Of a DNA stretch of 64,000 bases, positions 52,729-64,000 are shown in pieces. Position 1 is the stretch's first letter. Every line of letters starts with the position of its first letter. The translations under genes were made by a program, and so were the position numbers. The notes beneath the pieces were generated by a model. It had not been told where the DNA came from and made no database searches. It saw only the letters and a program-made list of their open reading frames with translations. Source of the stretch: Lytechinus pictus (lineage: Eukaryota); the NCBI RefSeq assembly GCF_037042905.1, contig NC_087263.1, positions 14,262,001-14,326,000 on the forward strand. Reading direction: 5' to 3'.

Positions 52729-54712
52729 AGGCGCTTGAGAAAATTTTGGCGTTGGTATACTCATTACAATGAAAATGACCTATTGTTGGTAGCCTTATAC
52801 TGACCAATAAGCTGTACACCCCCTCCATTAAAATATTTTCAATATGCGAGGGAGCGTAGCGACCGAGCGAAAAAAAAATCACACTATTAAAATGCTTGAA
52901 AACACCCTGATGGGTGTTAGGGCATTTAACGATAATGGTGGGGGGGGGGGGGTATATAGGACTGGTACGTTAAGGATCTTTTTCTAAATAGCGATGTTCT
53001 CAAATTTTAGAGACCTTGAATGCAAAAAGGTTTTATAAACATAGCAAGATACGGGGTTTCATGTAATGATACCCTTTTATTTGAGGGAATGTGGTGACCA
53101 GGTATAACATTTTGAAGTGAAACCTTGCATTTGGAGCACTTTGTGAACATCCGAATACATCTTCAACATCGTTAAATTACTTAATTGGATACTCAGCATG
53201 CATACAGGCTGCAAAAGAATGACACCCCAATGATCACGAGCTGCCTTGTATAACACATAAGTCAACACAATAGAGTATTGTAGAGAATAGAGTCAAATCA
53301 TTCTACATGTTGCTTCTATCAGGAGACCGGGCGATCTTGTGAGACCGCGACGTTTGTAGAACGAGCTGACCAAGGTGTGAACATATAGGTATATTACAGG
53401 CAAAAATAAGTATATCCCGCTGTTTTTCTTATGTTCTTATAATAAAGAACCACTGGTTTTCTCATTTGCTTTCCTCGGATGAATAAAAATTTTGGCATTG
53501 AAGATGATCGCCCTTTATTTTCAATTGGTCTAAAGCCAATTCTTCCAAATGCCAACTCGTCTACTCTCATAATTATGATTTACCATCAGCCTGTCCACTA
53601 TCCACATGCCCTAATTTCCAATTTCCAATTTGTCCACTCACCAAAATAACCAGTTGGTTTAAAAAAGCTTGTAGTATTTTCCAAATTTTATCCTTTTTGA
53701 TTTCTCAACTTTGCCCATCGTCTTCGAGAGGACATTTCCCTTCCACTTCTTAGCAATAAATATGCCATCAAGTGGTCAATAATGACCCTCACACAGCACA
53801 CTCACTTGTGACTCACTATAAATTCTCTGAATTGGTACCTCTCTCTCCCCTCTCTCTTCGTTTACATCCTACATCACATTTGGGATGAAAACTACTACTT
53901 TCTTCTTTGGCACACTTCTCAAAGTTTTCTACTTTAGTAAACACGTATTTTGAGAACGTCGTCAAATTCCATCATCTCACTTGGAGCAAATTAACTTCAT
54001 CCACTGTGTCTTCCATTTCATCTCACATACAAGTTATCGTACTATATACCGTTTCTCCGTCAAAAATAAAAAATACCGCTTGTGCTAGCCAAGTTAGTTT
54101 TGTGATAACAATATGTGTAGTTTTGTGTATACACATACAAATACTGGGATCGTGCAAAAATTGGAACACTTTGAATACATGTATATTGGAGGATTGTCTG
54201 TCGGATTTCTCTACACGCATAAAGTCGGTAAGAGGAGATTGGCTCTTAGTACTTGGTTGTAGCATGGACCTATTACCTATTCGTAATAGGTCCATGGTTG
54301 TAGTTCCTCCAAAATACTCCTGATGGAATTTTAACTGGAGATTGTGGCTTGTTTCCATTACATCTTATAACTATAACCAACCCCCGCTTCAAGCCAATTA
54401 CTCCATATATCACTTGGACTAAATACATTGGTATTAGACTAACCACAGGCTTGGCCTTTAAAAGTCAAGGACACTTTCACCCTAGAACACCGTTATTTAA
54501 AAGCAGAATTGAACCAAAGTTCAAATTGTTATAACTTTAAGAAAAAAAAAATTAGACAAGTTGATAGGTGAAAGTTGAATAGCGGACAAATTGCTTCTCC
54601 AACTCCTTTCACCATAGAGCACCATTCTGTTTTATTTATTTTCTCCCTTCTACCACGACATTTTATGACCAACGCTGGATCCCCTTTAATGTCCATATTC
54701 ATGGGAGGAGGG

Positions 54713-54943
54713 CACTAGCGTACCTACGGGGGGGGGGGGCAGGGGGGCACTCTGCCCTCCCTGACGAGCTTTTGAAGACCTTTTTTTTTTTTTTTTTTTT
54801 TTTTTATTTGCTTGTCAAATTTTTTCTGGTACGAAAATCTTTATTTTGTATTGATGACCTTTCTTTTTTTTTTTTTTGCTTGTCAAATTTTTTGGCGGCC
54901 AATTTTGCCCCCCCCCCCGTGGAAAATCCTAGGTACGCCACTG
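54713..54943. mobile_element. hAT-like MITE, inverted relative to 39791-40053
   Basis: CACTAGCGTACC..GGTACGCCACTG; perfect TSD GAGGAGGG. Confidence 0.88.
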
Positions 54944-55317
54944 GAGGAGGGTATAGATCCTCCATACCTAGAAATATTGGTGCATATGTAATAAACACAC
55001 TCAAATGGACCCCGCCCCCGCATACAAATCATTTGACCCGGGATTTGACCTATATTCATTCAGTTCTACTCAAATCTCATTACATAATACTCGTAATATT
55101 AGTGCACCATATTGTGTTGAATTATTGCTAATTCTACCATGGATCCTATAGAACCATGATTTTACAAAAAGAAACCTCTGCAGATTATAAGTATGTTTAA
55201 TTTTAGACATTCTTCAGACAGTCTCTGTTATTCAAACATCCTGAAAAATAAGGATATTTACCGATCGAATCTTGCGATGTATACTTAGGTATAACCATCA
55301 AGAATTACCTTACGCTT

Positions 55318-55925
55318 TTAAAGGAATGGTCCGGGCTGAAAATATTTATATCTAACTAAATAAAGTAAAATTTACAGTGCAATATGCTGAATATTTCATC
55401 AAAATCGGAAAACAAATAACGAAGTTATTTAATTTTAAAGTTTATCAATATTTTGTGAAAACAGCTACATGCACATCGTCATGAATATTCATTAGGTGGG
55501 CCGATGTCACCGACCCACTTTCCCTTTTCTTATGTTATTACATGAAATCATAAATGTTTCATTTTTCCATTATGTAAATGATATGTCTCATTTTATGATG
55601 AAATAAGTTGCGGCAGTAAATAACTACTGCATTTAATCTGTTGTCCATCCAATTGTTTTAGTTCATGGTAGAGAATGTTTGAATAAACCTAATTTCATAT
55701 AATAAAAGTCAAAAGAAGTGGGGATATGACTTCATCCGCCCACCTATAATGAATATTTATAAAGACATGCCTAGAAGAACCGTTTCACCGGAATAATGCA
55801 AATCTTTCAAATTCAATACTTCGTTATTTGTTATCCGATTTTGATAAAATTTTCAGCATTTTGCTTTGTGAATTTTACTTTATATATTGAGATATAAATA
55901 TATCCAGCCTGGACCATCCCTTTAA
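55318..55925. mobile_element. TTAA-flanked MITE (Kolobok-like)
   Basis: TTAA|AGGAATGGTCCGGGCTG..CAGCCTGGACCATCCCT|TTAA; homologous to 39586-40470 without the nested insert. Confidence 0.85.
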
Positions 55926-58639
55926 CAATATATTTTGAGAAAAAGTGTCCCCTGCAAAGAACTCGTACAACATTTACGTAGAACCCGTTTATACTCAATA
56001 CGCCCCCATATTTCCTTCCTCTCAATAGAAGAGAGCTTGTATGACTTGTGCGATCGTGCCCCCTTGATTAGGTGCATATTTCATAATTGGTGTTTCCTTC
56101 TTCTTTTGTATCATATTCTCTCTTTTAGTGGAGCCCCACCCCATTTATCCATGGCCATCTGACGTTCCTTTCATATTTGCGTTCAGTATGAGTGTTATAA
56201 TCCTTCTCGCTTCTTTGCTTTTGTTCTCATTTTAAACGCATTCATTCAATTAGTCATAAGCCTAATTTCAGAAATATTTAGTTTATCTTATGAAAGTTTT
56301 GATGTGATTGAGATTATTGTATTCGGTTTGCTTTGCTATAACACGATGATTTGCATCTGTTGATTTTGTTTAAAATTGATTTGTATGTTCGAAATTGAAA
56401 ATAAAATGAAAAGGTGACAAATTGATATTATTATTCTTTAGGATGTTGTCTAAGCTAATGTCTCCTTTAAAAGTTTCATTTTCCATATCTATTCTTCATG
56501 TTTTTATTCGCTGCGAATAATGAGTGTTCAGCTAATGCGGTGAATGCATGCAGTATGTACATTACAAACAAAAGCAAAACTATAATTGGGTAAACTTTGC
56601 ATTTTAGCTATTTTTTCAATATACAAGAACTGGAGTAAAGCCAACTGTAACTTTTAACCCTTTTTTGCCATAACGCTTTCTGCAGGGATCTGTGGAAAAT
56701 AGCACAGAACAGTAATAGATTTAAAATGCGATAAATTTATAATAACATTTACAATTCATATAATATTATCAAAGTCATGCTGTGATATCGTACTATTCGA
56801 AAACTGATGAAGGTGTTGCTGGAGTTTTCCCAGTAAATTGCAAAAATAATGAGATTGGAACAGCCACTATATCATTATCAGCACATATTTTTTTTCTGTT
56901 TCCTGTTCGACGGTGCCACAAAATTCTGGGCCTTTCAGATCCGTAAAAGTACAAAAACAACACAAACGCGACGTACTACCATATTTCCATTTTCAGGACT
57001 AATAATGGATAGTTCTGATCTTCTGTACTGCCAAAGAATGCTGCAGAATACCGCCGTGTAGTCGTGTTTTTCATCTACAATGCATGCTCTACCAAAAGTT
57101 ATTTTTATTTTAAAACTTATTCTTATTACTATAGATATCGGTGTAAATGTAAAATTCACTGTAAGCCTGCACTGTTTTTTAAATTTCGTGCAAGTCTGGG
57201 AGTGAGATTAAAGGTAAATTGTGACATTGGTTTAATTCAATTTTTTTAAATATATTTCGCGCTTTGCTTTCCGCAATATTGATATACAAGTTCTGATTCC
57301 TAACAATGCCTGGATTGGCCAGAATGTACTGTTTTGTTTTTCCAAAAAAATAAAATAGATGAGAAGTCCCGAATTGTCTGCTTTATTTGGAAGTATGGTT
57401 AATCGAAGGAAGGAAATATGAAGAGCGCCACCTTGAGACCAAATGATTCGATAACTTCCGATCAGTGCAAGACAACACCGCCCAGATTCGTGCCGTGTGC
57501 ACAACATTTACTTTGAAACGTACGATCGACCTTGATCACATTGTCAACAATACGGGGAAAGTCCCGCTTTGCTGCACGTTGACCGCGCAGACTGAAATCA
57601 GGGTTGTTCTGAATCAGGGTACTAATGGATAATTTGTTTTTCATTCCTGATTTTCGTAGAGCAAAAACGGAAGTCAACCTCATGGATTGGTCTTTGGAAA
57701 CACAAAAACGAAATCACAACGAGAAAAACCCCGTTGTGATTTCATTTTTGGAGATCAAAAACAGAAGAATGAAATCAGAAATACTTTTGGTCCTCTCTGA
57801 TACCTCATTCTATACCTGTGTTTGTTATATATTAAAAACAAAATCAGAACACGCTTTCTACCCCCTGATTCTGTTTGGAAAAACGCAGACAGCGAAAACG
57901 AAATCGGGTAGTTCGCTTTCCACTTCCTGCTCTCTGATTTCGTCTTTCGCACAACCAACAGCCATATCGAAATACGTTATACATTGCTGTTAATTTCCAG
58001 CGTTTTCGGACCTTCACAGACAGTGGCGTAGCTAGGATTTTCCTCCCCGGGGGGGGGGGGGCAATGGGGGGTCCTTGCTTTTTCAGGGGGGGGGGCACCG
58101 GCCATTTTTGGCGGTGTGTGTGTAATAAAGTAATTTTTCAAGGGGCGCCCCAGGGATATCCCGACGGCCTAGCCAGGGTAACCACGTACCCTAACTTGTA
58201 GAGCTCGACTCGAGCAACCAGATAAACACTGATTTGACCCGGCGCATGCACATTTAGGGGGCTCAAATTAACAAAATTAAAGGGAATAAAGGGATATTTA
58301 TCGCATTTTTAAAATTAAAATAAAGTATTTTTTCAAGGGGCCCCCAGGGATATCCCGACGGCCTAGCCAGGGTAACCACGTATCCTGACTTGTAGAACTT
58401 GACTCGGGCGATCAGATAAAAACTGACTTGACCCGGCGCATGCACATTTAGGGGGCTAAAATTAACAAAATTAAAGGGAATAATTAGGGCTATTTATCGC
58501 GCATTTTAAAAATTAAAATAAAGTATTTTTTCAAGGGGCCCCCAGGGATATTCCAACGGTCTAGCCAGGGTAACCATGTATCCTAACTTGTAGACTCGAC
58601 TCGGGCAACCAGATACACATTAGCTTGACCCGTTGCATG

Positions 58640-60552
58640 CAGTGGCGTAACAGGGGTCGGTGGCTGGGGGGGGGGGGGCAAGAACCAAGAATTTCCCGGT
58701 CACATCATAAAGCAGGCAATGGAGTCATAAGGCAACAAATTTTGAGGGGGCGATATTATGGAGTATCGGACAAAAATATATATATATGCGAGCGAGCGGA
58801 GCGTTCGAGCAAAAATTTTGACATTTTAATGGCAAAAATGAGTGGGGTCCGGGGTAGAGCCCCGGAACCTCTTGATATTAAAGCCATTTTAAACCTTACA
58901 GATGGCCACTAATTTTAATCAAATTGCGTGTATATTTATATAGCTTTCACACTACACATGAATTCAGTGCTGCAGTTGTGTACCGTAATCATCTAAATAT
59001 TTTGAGGGGGTCTACCATAGCAAATGTGGGAAAATTTGTAAAAAGCCGGCAACGAGCGAAACGAGCCAGAAGAAAAATGGCCTTTTGAAATAAAATTGAA
59101 TTGTGTGATAGACTTTTACATCACAGCAAATATCATGTCTTATATTTTTTTATTTCATTCATCTCATTTCGCTGCCTCCTTCATATTCTTTTATTTCCCC
59201 TTGGCTGTGGAACCAATCCCCCCCGTACGCCAGTGCTTCAACACAAAGGTTAATGCAGGAAGGGTCCATATAGGGGCCCGTTATAGAGCCCTTTAAAAGT
59301 TACAAGTTAAGAGCCTCCACTGCACGGGGTCTTGACTCTTGGACAGAGCCCCCGGTAGCTTTGGATATTTAGCAAGTTTATAATAGACTTTCATACGAAA
59401 TTATGCTATATACCATCCATCTTTTTTTCCCGCTCGTTATCTTCAATCCTCAGCAGCCCGGTAGTAATATCTTGTCCCTTTTTTTATTTTCCAATTTAGA
59501 TTTTGCCTCATTCCATTCTACCTTCACTCGCTTTTGTTTGCCTTTTTGTCATCTTTAATTTATTTCCCTGTCTTTTAAAATGATTTTGAAATTAAATTCT
59601 AATTATGTGATAGTCGCTTTGGAAATTTAGTCGATCAATCAATCAATCAATCAATGCAGTTGTGTACCGTAATCATCCAAATATTTTGAGGGGGCGCACC
59701 ATAGCAAATGTGGGAAAATTTGTTTTAAAAAAAAGTCGCCAGCGAGCGAAGCGAGCCAGAAGAAAAATGGCATTTTGAAATAAAATTATAATTATGTGAT
59801 AGATTTTTACATCATAGCAAATGTCATGTCTTATATATTTTTTTAAATATTTTATTCATCTCATTACGCTGCCTCCTTCATTTTCTTTTATTTCCCCTTG
59901 GCTGTGGAACCCCCCCCCCCGCGTACGCCAGTGCTTCAACGGAAGGATCCATATAGGGGGCCGTTATAGAGCCCTTTAAAGGTTACAGGTTAAGAGCCTC
60001 CACTGCACGGGGTCTTGACTCTTGGACAGAGCTCCCGGTAGCTTTGGAGATTTAGCAAGTTCATAATAGACTTTTATACGAAATTATGCTTTATACCATC
60101 CATCTTTTTTTCCCTCTCGTTATCTTCAATCCTCAGCAGCCCATCTTGTCCCTTTTTTTTAATTTTTCAATTTAGATTTTGCCTCATTCCATTCTACCTT
60201 AATTTCCCGCTTTTGTTTGCCTTTTTGTCATCTTTAATTCATTTCCCTGTCTTACTAATCATGCTAATGTATGTGTATATCTGGAAAAATTGTTCTTCCT
60301 CACATGTTCTTCTTTCCTTCCTTTTTCCAAATTCTTTCCGTTTTCCCTTTTTTTTCTTAGTTTTATTTTCCCTTACCCTTTTCTATTCTCCTCCCTTTCC
60401 CCCCTTTCATCTTTTTTCCTTTCCTTTTCCTTTCCCTTTCTTTCTTTCTCCCCTTATTTTTTTCCTTTTCCCGTTTTTTCTCTTAACATTTTCACGGTGA
60501 ACTCCGCCAGGGGGAAGGGGGGCAGCTTGCCCCCCCGCCTGTTACGCCACTG
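58640..60552. mobile_element. Nested hAT-like element with an internal 600-bp duplication
   Basis: CAGTGGCGTAACAGG..CCTGTTACGCCACTG; perfect TSD GTTGCATG at 58632-58639 and 60553-60560. Confidence 0.9.
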
Positions 60553-61096
60553 GTTGCATGCACCTTTTGGGGGCTAAAATTAACAAAAGTAAAGGAATAC
60601 GGGCTTTTTCAAGCATGGGGAACCACGGTCCTGACTTTTCACCCCATCCCTTAGTGCTGCCGATGGGTAGAGTAAAAAACAACAAGGAAAGAGAGAAGAC
60701 AAAATAGAAGAGAGAGAAGCGAAAGGGAGAGATAGGAAAGAAAAGGAGGGGGAAAGGGAGAGAAAGAGAAGGGAGAACGGAGGGGTCATATCATTGTATG
60801 AACAGGATATTTTATGATTATGCCCCGAGCATTAGTGCAAAGCTCAATGCGAGATAAGAACAAAACAGAGGGGGCACACCATGGCGCACGCAGCAAAAAT
60901 TTGCTTAATAATAAGTCTCCAGCGAGCGAAGCGAGCAAGAATAAAAACCACCTTCAATTTTGAGATTGATTTTGACATGGTATGCAGAAAATGACATATC
61001 TTTCCTCTTCCTTTTCTTTCTTTCCTTTTATCATTTTTTTTTTTTTTTTTTTTTTTGGGGGGGGGGGGGGCAGTGCTATGCGGTTCGGGTCCGGGG

Positions 61097-61765
61097 CAAT
61101 GACGGTACTAGGGTTTTTAACCTAGGAGGCAAACAAACATTTTGGGGCCGGGGGGATGGCACACATTTTAAAAAAAATCGAGCGAGAAGCGCGAGCTAAT
61201 TTTATTGCAAATGCAGTCCCTACTGATTTAAAAAGGGAACTGTTAAGAATCAGCTGTTTGCATTAATTGGGTCATGAAGATGATATCTCACCAAATGAAT
61301 AATGCGAGCGCGAAGCGTGAGCTGAAAATTTTTGATATCCGGGATGATACCTGGCCGTTCTAAGCTTTTTTTTTAATTATAAAATGAATGGCTATCTAAT
61401 TCGCTGAAAATAAATCCTCTATGGAAATTATGAATACGCAGGATATGTATCTCGCTAAAACAAATAATGAAAACTCTAATAACATTTGATTTTTAAGCCC
61501 CATGTGAACAGATAATCATTAATAACTGCGAGCGCGTATCGCGAGCTACATTTTGAATTTTATATAATGGCCTGAAAGATTTATGTTAGTGACCAAAATT
61601 GTTGGGATCTAAATGCTAACGGTGAATGGATGAGAATATTTTTAAAATTTAAAGAACAAAAAACATTTTTGGAGTATTATGACAACGTTTACTATACATT
61701 TTGTTTCTTCAAATTTCGGGGGGGGGGGCAACTCACTGGGGCCTCCCCATTCGGTGGCGCCACTG
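61097..61765. mobile_element. Nested MITE with 8-bp TSD
   Basis: CAATGACGG..GGCGCCACTG; flanks GTCCGGGG and GTCTGGGG. Confidence 0.65.
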
Positions 61766-62280
61766 GTCTGGGGCGGAGCCCCCAGAACCTCGTGATATTT
61801 TTAAACATTGCAGATGGCCATTTTTTTAAAATCAAATCGCGGGTACATACATCACATATTATATTAAGTTGCTAATTAATTGAATTGAAGGCTACACGTG
61901 CAAAAGAAAATGTCTCATGAGAATTATTCGAAGATTAGAGGAGCTTTATACTCATATTTTATATTTTGACAATACGTTTTCTATCGATATACGCCCCCAT
62001 CTTTTCTCCAAGAGATGACGATCTACAACAGAAGGCTGAAGATATTCATTCGACCCAACCCATTCTCATTTTTTTAATTTGTAAGTTGATTACAAAAAAA
62101 AATATGTATAATGATTAGACTGATTCTAGAAACAGAGAATGGGCAACCATTGAACATATTTTGTGCAAATAAAAGAAAAATACAGGTGTCACTCAGCTTT
62201 CGGAACTATTTTATTGGCGGAGGATTTAGGACTGAGTATAATATATGAATAAGATCTGCTCATGAGATGCTTTAACCAGT

Positions 62281-63960
62281 TGCCCCCTAAATGTGCATGC
62301 GCCGGGTCAAGCTAGTGTTTATCTGGTTGCCCGAGTCGAGTTCTCCAAGTTAGGGTACGTGGTTACCCTGGCTAGGCCGTCGGGATATCCCTGGGGGCCC
62401 CTTGAAAAAATACTTTTAATTTTTAAAATGCGATAAATATCCCTTTATTCCCTTTACTTTTGTTAATTTGAGCCCCCTAAATGTGCATGCACCGGGTCAA
62501 GCTAGTGTTTACCTGGTTGCCCGAGTCGAGTTCTACAAGTTAGGATACGTGGTTACCCTGGCTAGGCCGTCGGGATATCCCTGGGGGCCCCTTGAAAAAT
62601 TACTTTATTTTAATTTTAAAAATGCGATAAATAGCCCTTTATTCCCTTTACTTTTGTTAATTTGAGCCCCCTAAATGTGCATGCACCGGGTCAAGCTAGT
62701 GTTTACCTGGTTGCCCGAGTCGAGTTCTACAAGTTAGGATACGTGGTTACCCTGGCTAGGCCGTCGGGATATCCCTGGTGGCCCCTTGAAAAATTACTTT
62801 ATTTTAATTTTAAAAATGCGATAAATAGCCCTTTATTCCCTTTAATTTTGTTAAATTTAGCCCTCTAATGTGCATGCGCCGGGTCAAGTCAGTGTTTATC
62901 TGGTTGCCCGAGTCGAGTTCTACAAGTTAGGGTACGTGGTTACCCTGGCTAGGCCGTCGGGATATCCCTGGGGGCCCCTTGAAAAATACTTTATTTTAAT
63001 TTTAAAAATACGATAAATAGCCCTTTATTCCCTTTAATTTTGTTAATTTGAGCCCCCTAAATGTACATGCGCCGGGTCAAGTCAGTGTTTATCTGGTTGC
63101 CCGAGTCGAGTTCTACAAGTTAGGGTACGTGGTTACCCTGGCTAGGCCGTCGGGATATCACTGGGGGCCCCTTGAAAAATACTTTATTTTAATTTTTAAA
63201 ATGCGATAAATAGCCCTTTATTCCCTTTAATTTTGTTAATTTGAGCCCCCTAAATGTACATGCGCCGGGTCAAGTCAGTGTTTATCTGGTTGCCCGAGTC
63301 GAGTTCTACAAGTTAGGGTACGTGGTTACCCAGGCTAGGCCGTCGGGATATCCCTGGGTGCCCCTTGAAAAATACTTTATTTTAATTTTAAAAATGCGAT
63401 AAATAGCTAGCCCTTTATTCCCTTTAATTTTGTTAATTTGAGCCCCCTAAATGTGCATGCGCCGGGTCAAGTCAGTGTTTATCTGGTTGCCCGAGTCGAG
63501 TTCTACAAGTTAGGATACGTGGTTACCCTGGCTAGGCCGTCGGGATATCCCTGGTGGCCCCTTGAAAAATTATTTTATTTTAATTTTAAAAATGCGATAA
63601 ATAGCCCTTTATTCCCTTTAATTTTGTTAATTTGAGCCCCCTAAATGTGCATGCACCGGGTCAAGCTAGTGTTTACCTGGTTGCCCGAGTCGAGTTCTAC
63701 AAGTTAGGATACGTGGTTACCCTGGCTAGGCCGTCGGGATATCCCTGGTGGCCCCTTGAAAAATTACTTTATTTTAATTTTAAAAATGCGATAAATAGCC
63801 CTTTATTCCCTTTAATTTTGTTAAATTTAGCCCTCTAATGTGCATGCGCCGGGTCAAGTCAGTGTTTATCTGGTTGCCCGAGTCGAGTTCTACAAGTTAG
63901 GGTACGTGGTTACCCTGGCTAGGCCGTCGGGATATCCCTGCATGGGGGCCCCTTGAAAAA
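62281..63960. repeat. 194-bp tandem array, about 8.7 copies
   Basis: Unit GCCCCCTAAATGTGCATGC..GGGATATCCCTGGGGGCCCCTTGAAAAA..; inverted copies at 58130-58640. Confidence 0.95.
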
Positions 63961-64000
63961 TTACACACACACCGCAAAAAATAGCCGGTGCCCCCCCCCC

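Larger units (their letters stand above)
58021..64000. mobile_element. Large (at least 6 kb) foldback/hAT-like element with inverted 194-bp subterminal arrays; the right end runs off the window
   Basis: Left end CAGTGGCGTAGC..GGGGCACCGGCCATTTTTGGCGGTGTGTGTGTAAT is mirrored by TTACACACACACCGCAAAAAATAGCCGGTGCCCCC at 63961-64000. Confidence 0.85.

Noticed and set aside
53907..54534. Overlapping 60-138 aa ORFs
   Set aside because: No recognisable domain in any frame, and the region is interrupted by a transposon scar.
57400..58020. Possible promoter or first exon
   Set aside because: CpG-richer with repeated AAATCAG/AAAACG motifs, but no linked exon. I cannot distinguish it from a TE terminus.
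62468..63838. Repeated 65-68 aa ORFs or a CRISPR-like array
   Set aside because: Contiguous satellite units with no unique spacers, no cas genes, and a eukaryotic context.

Overview
Repeat-rich, intron-containing animal DNA. The gene content and repeat landscape suggest a deuterostome invertebrate, probably a sea urchin (inference). Genes reconstructed by hand from GT-AG sites and reading phase: (1) the last exon of an ST8Sia-type (GT29) sialyltransferase at 208-463; (2) a complete 4-exon tandem paralogue at 6536-13140 (+, 344 aa); (3) a convergent inscuteable (INSC) homologue of about 12 exons at 17307-30598 (-), with the LGN/Pins-binding peptide, ARM repeats and a C-terminal ETFV PDZ ligand. 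The rest of the window is decayed CR1/L2-type LINEs, tRNA-derived SINEs, a deleted Tc1/mariner, many MITEs (TTAA-flanked and 8-bp-TSD families, often nested), foldback-like elements with tandem subrepeats, and two non-coding tandem segmental duplications (34.4-43.1 kb and 46-50 kb). The most unusual signal is a cluster of at least nine 12-34 bp near-palindromic CATR...YATG micro-inserts at 38.4-55.2 kb, each flanked by a 7-bp direct repeat. They look like excision scars of a P-element-superfamily transposon that repeatedly re-used the same targets. No database search was possible, so family names rest on motif recognition.
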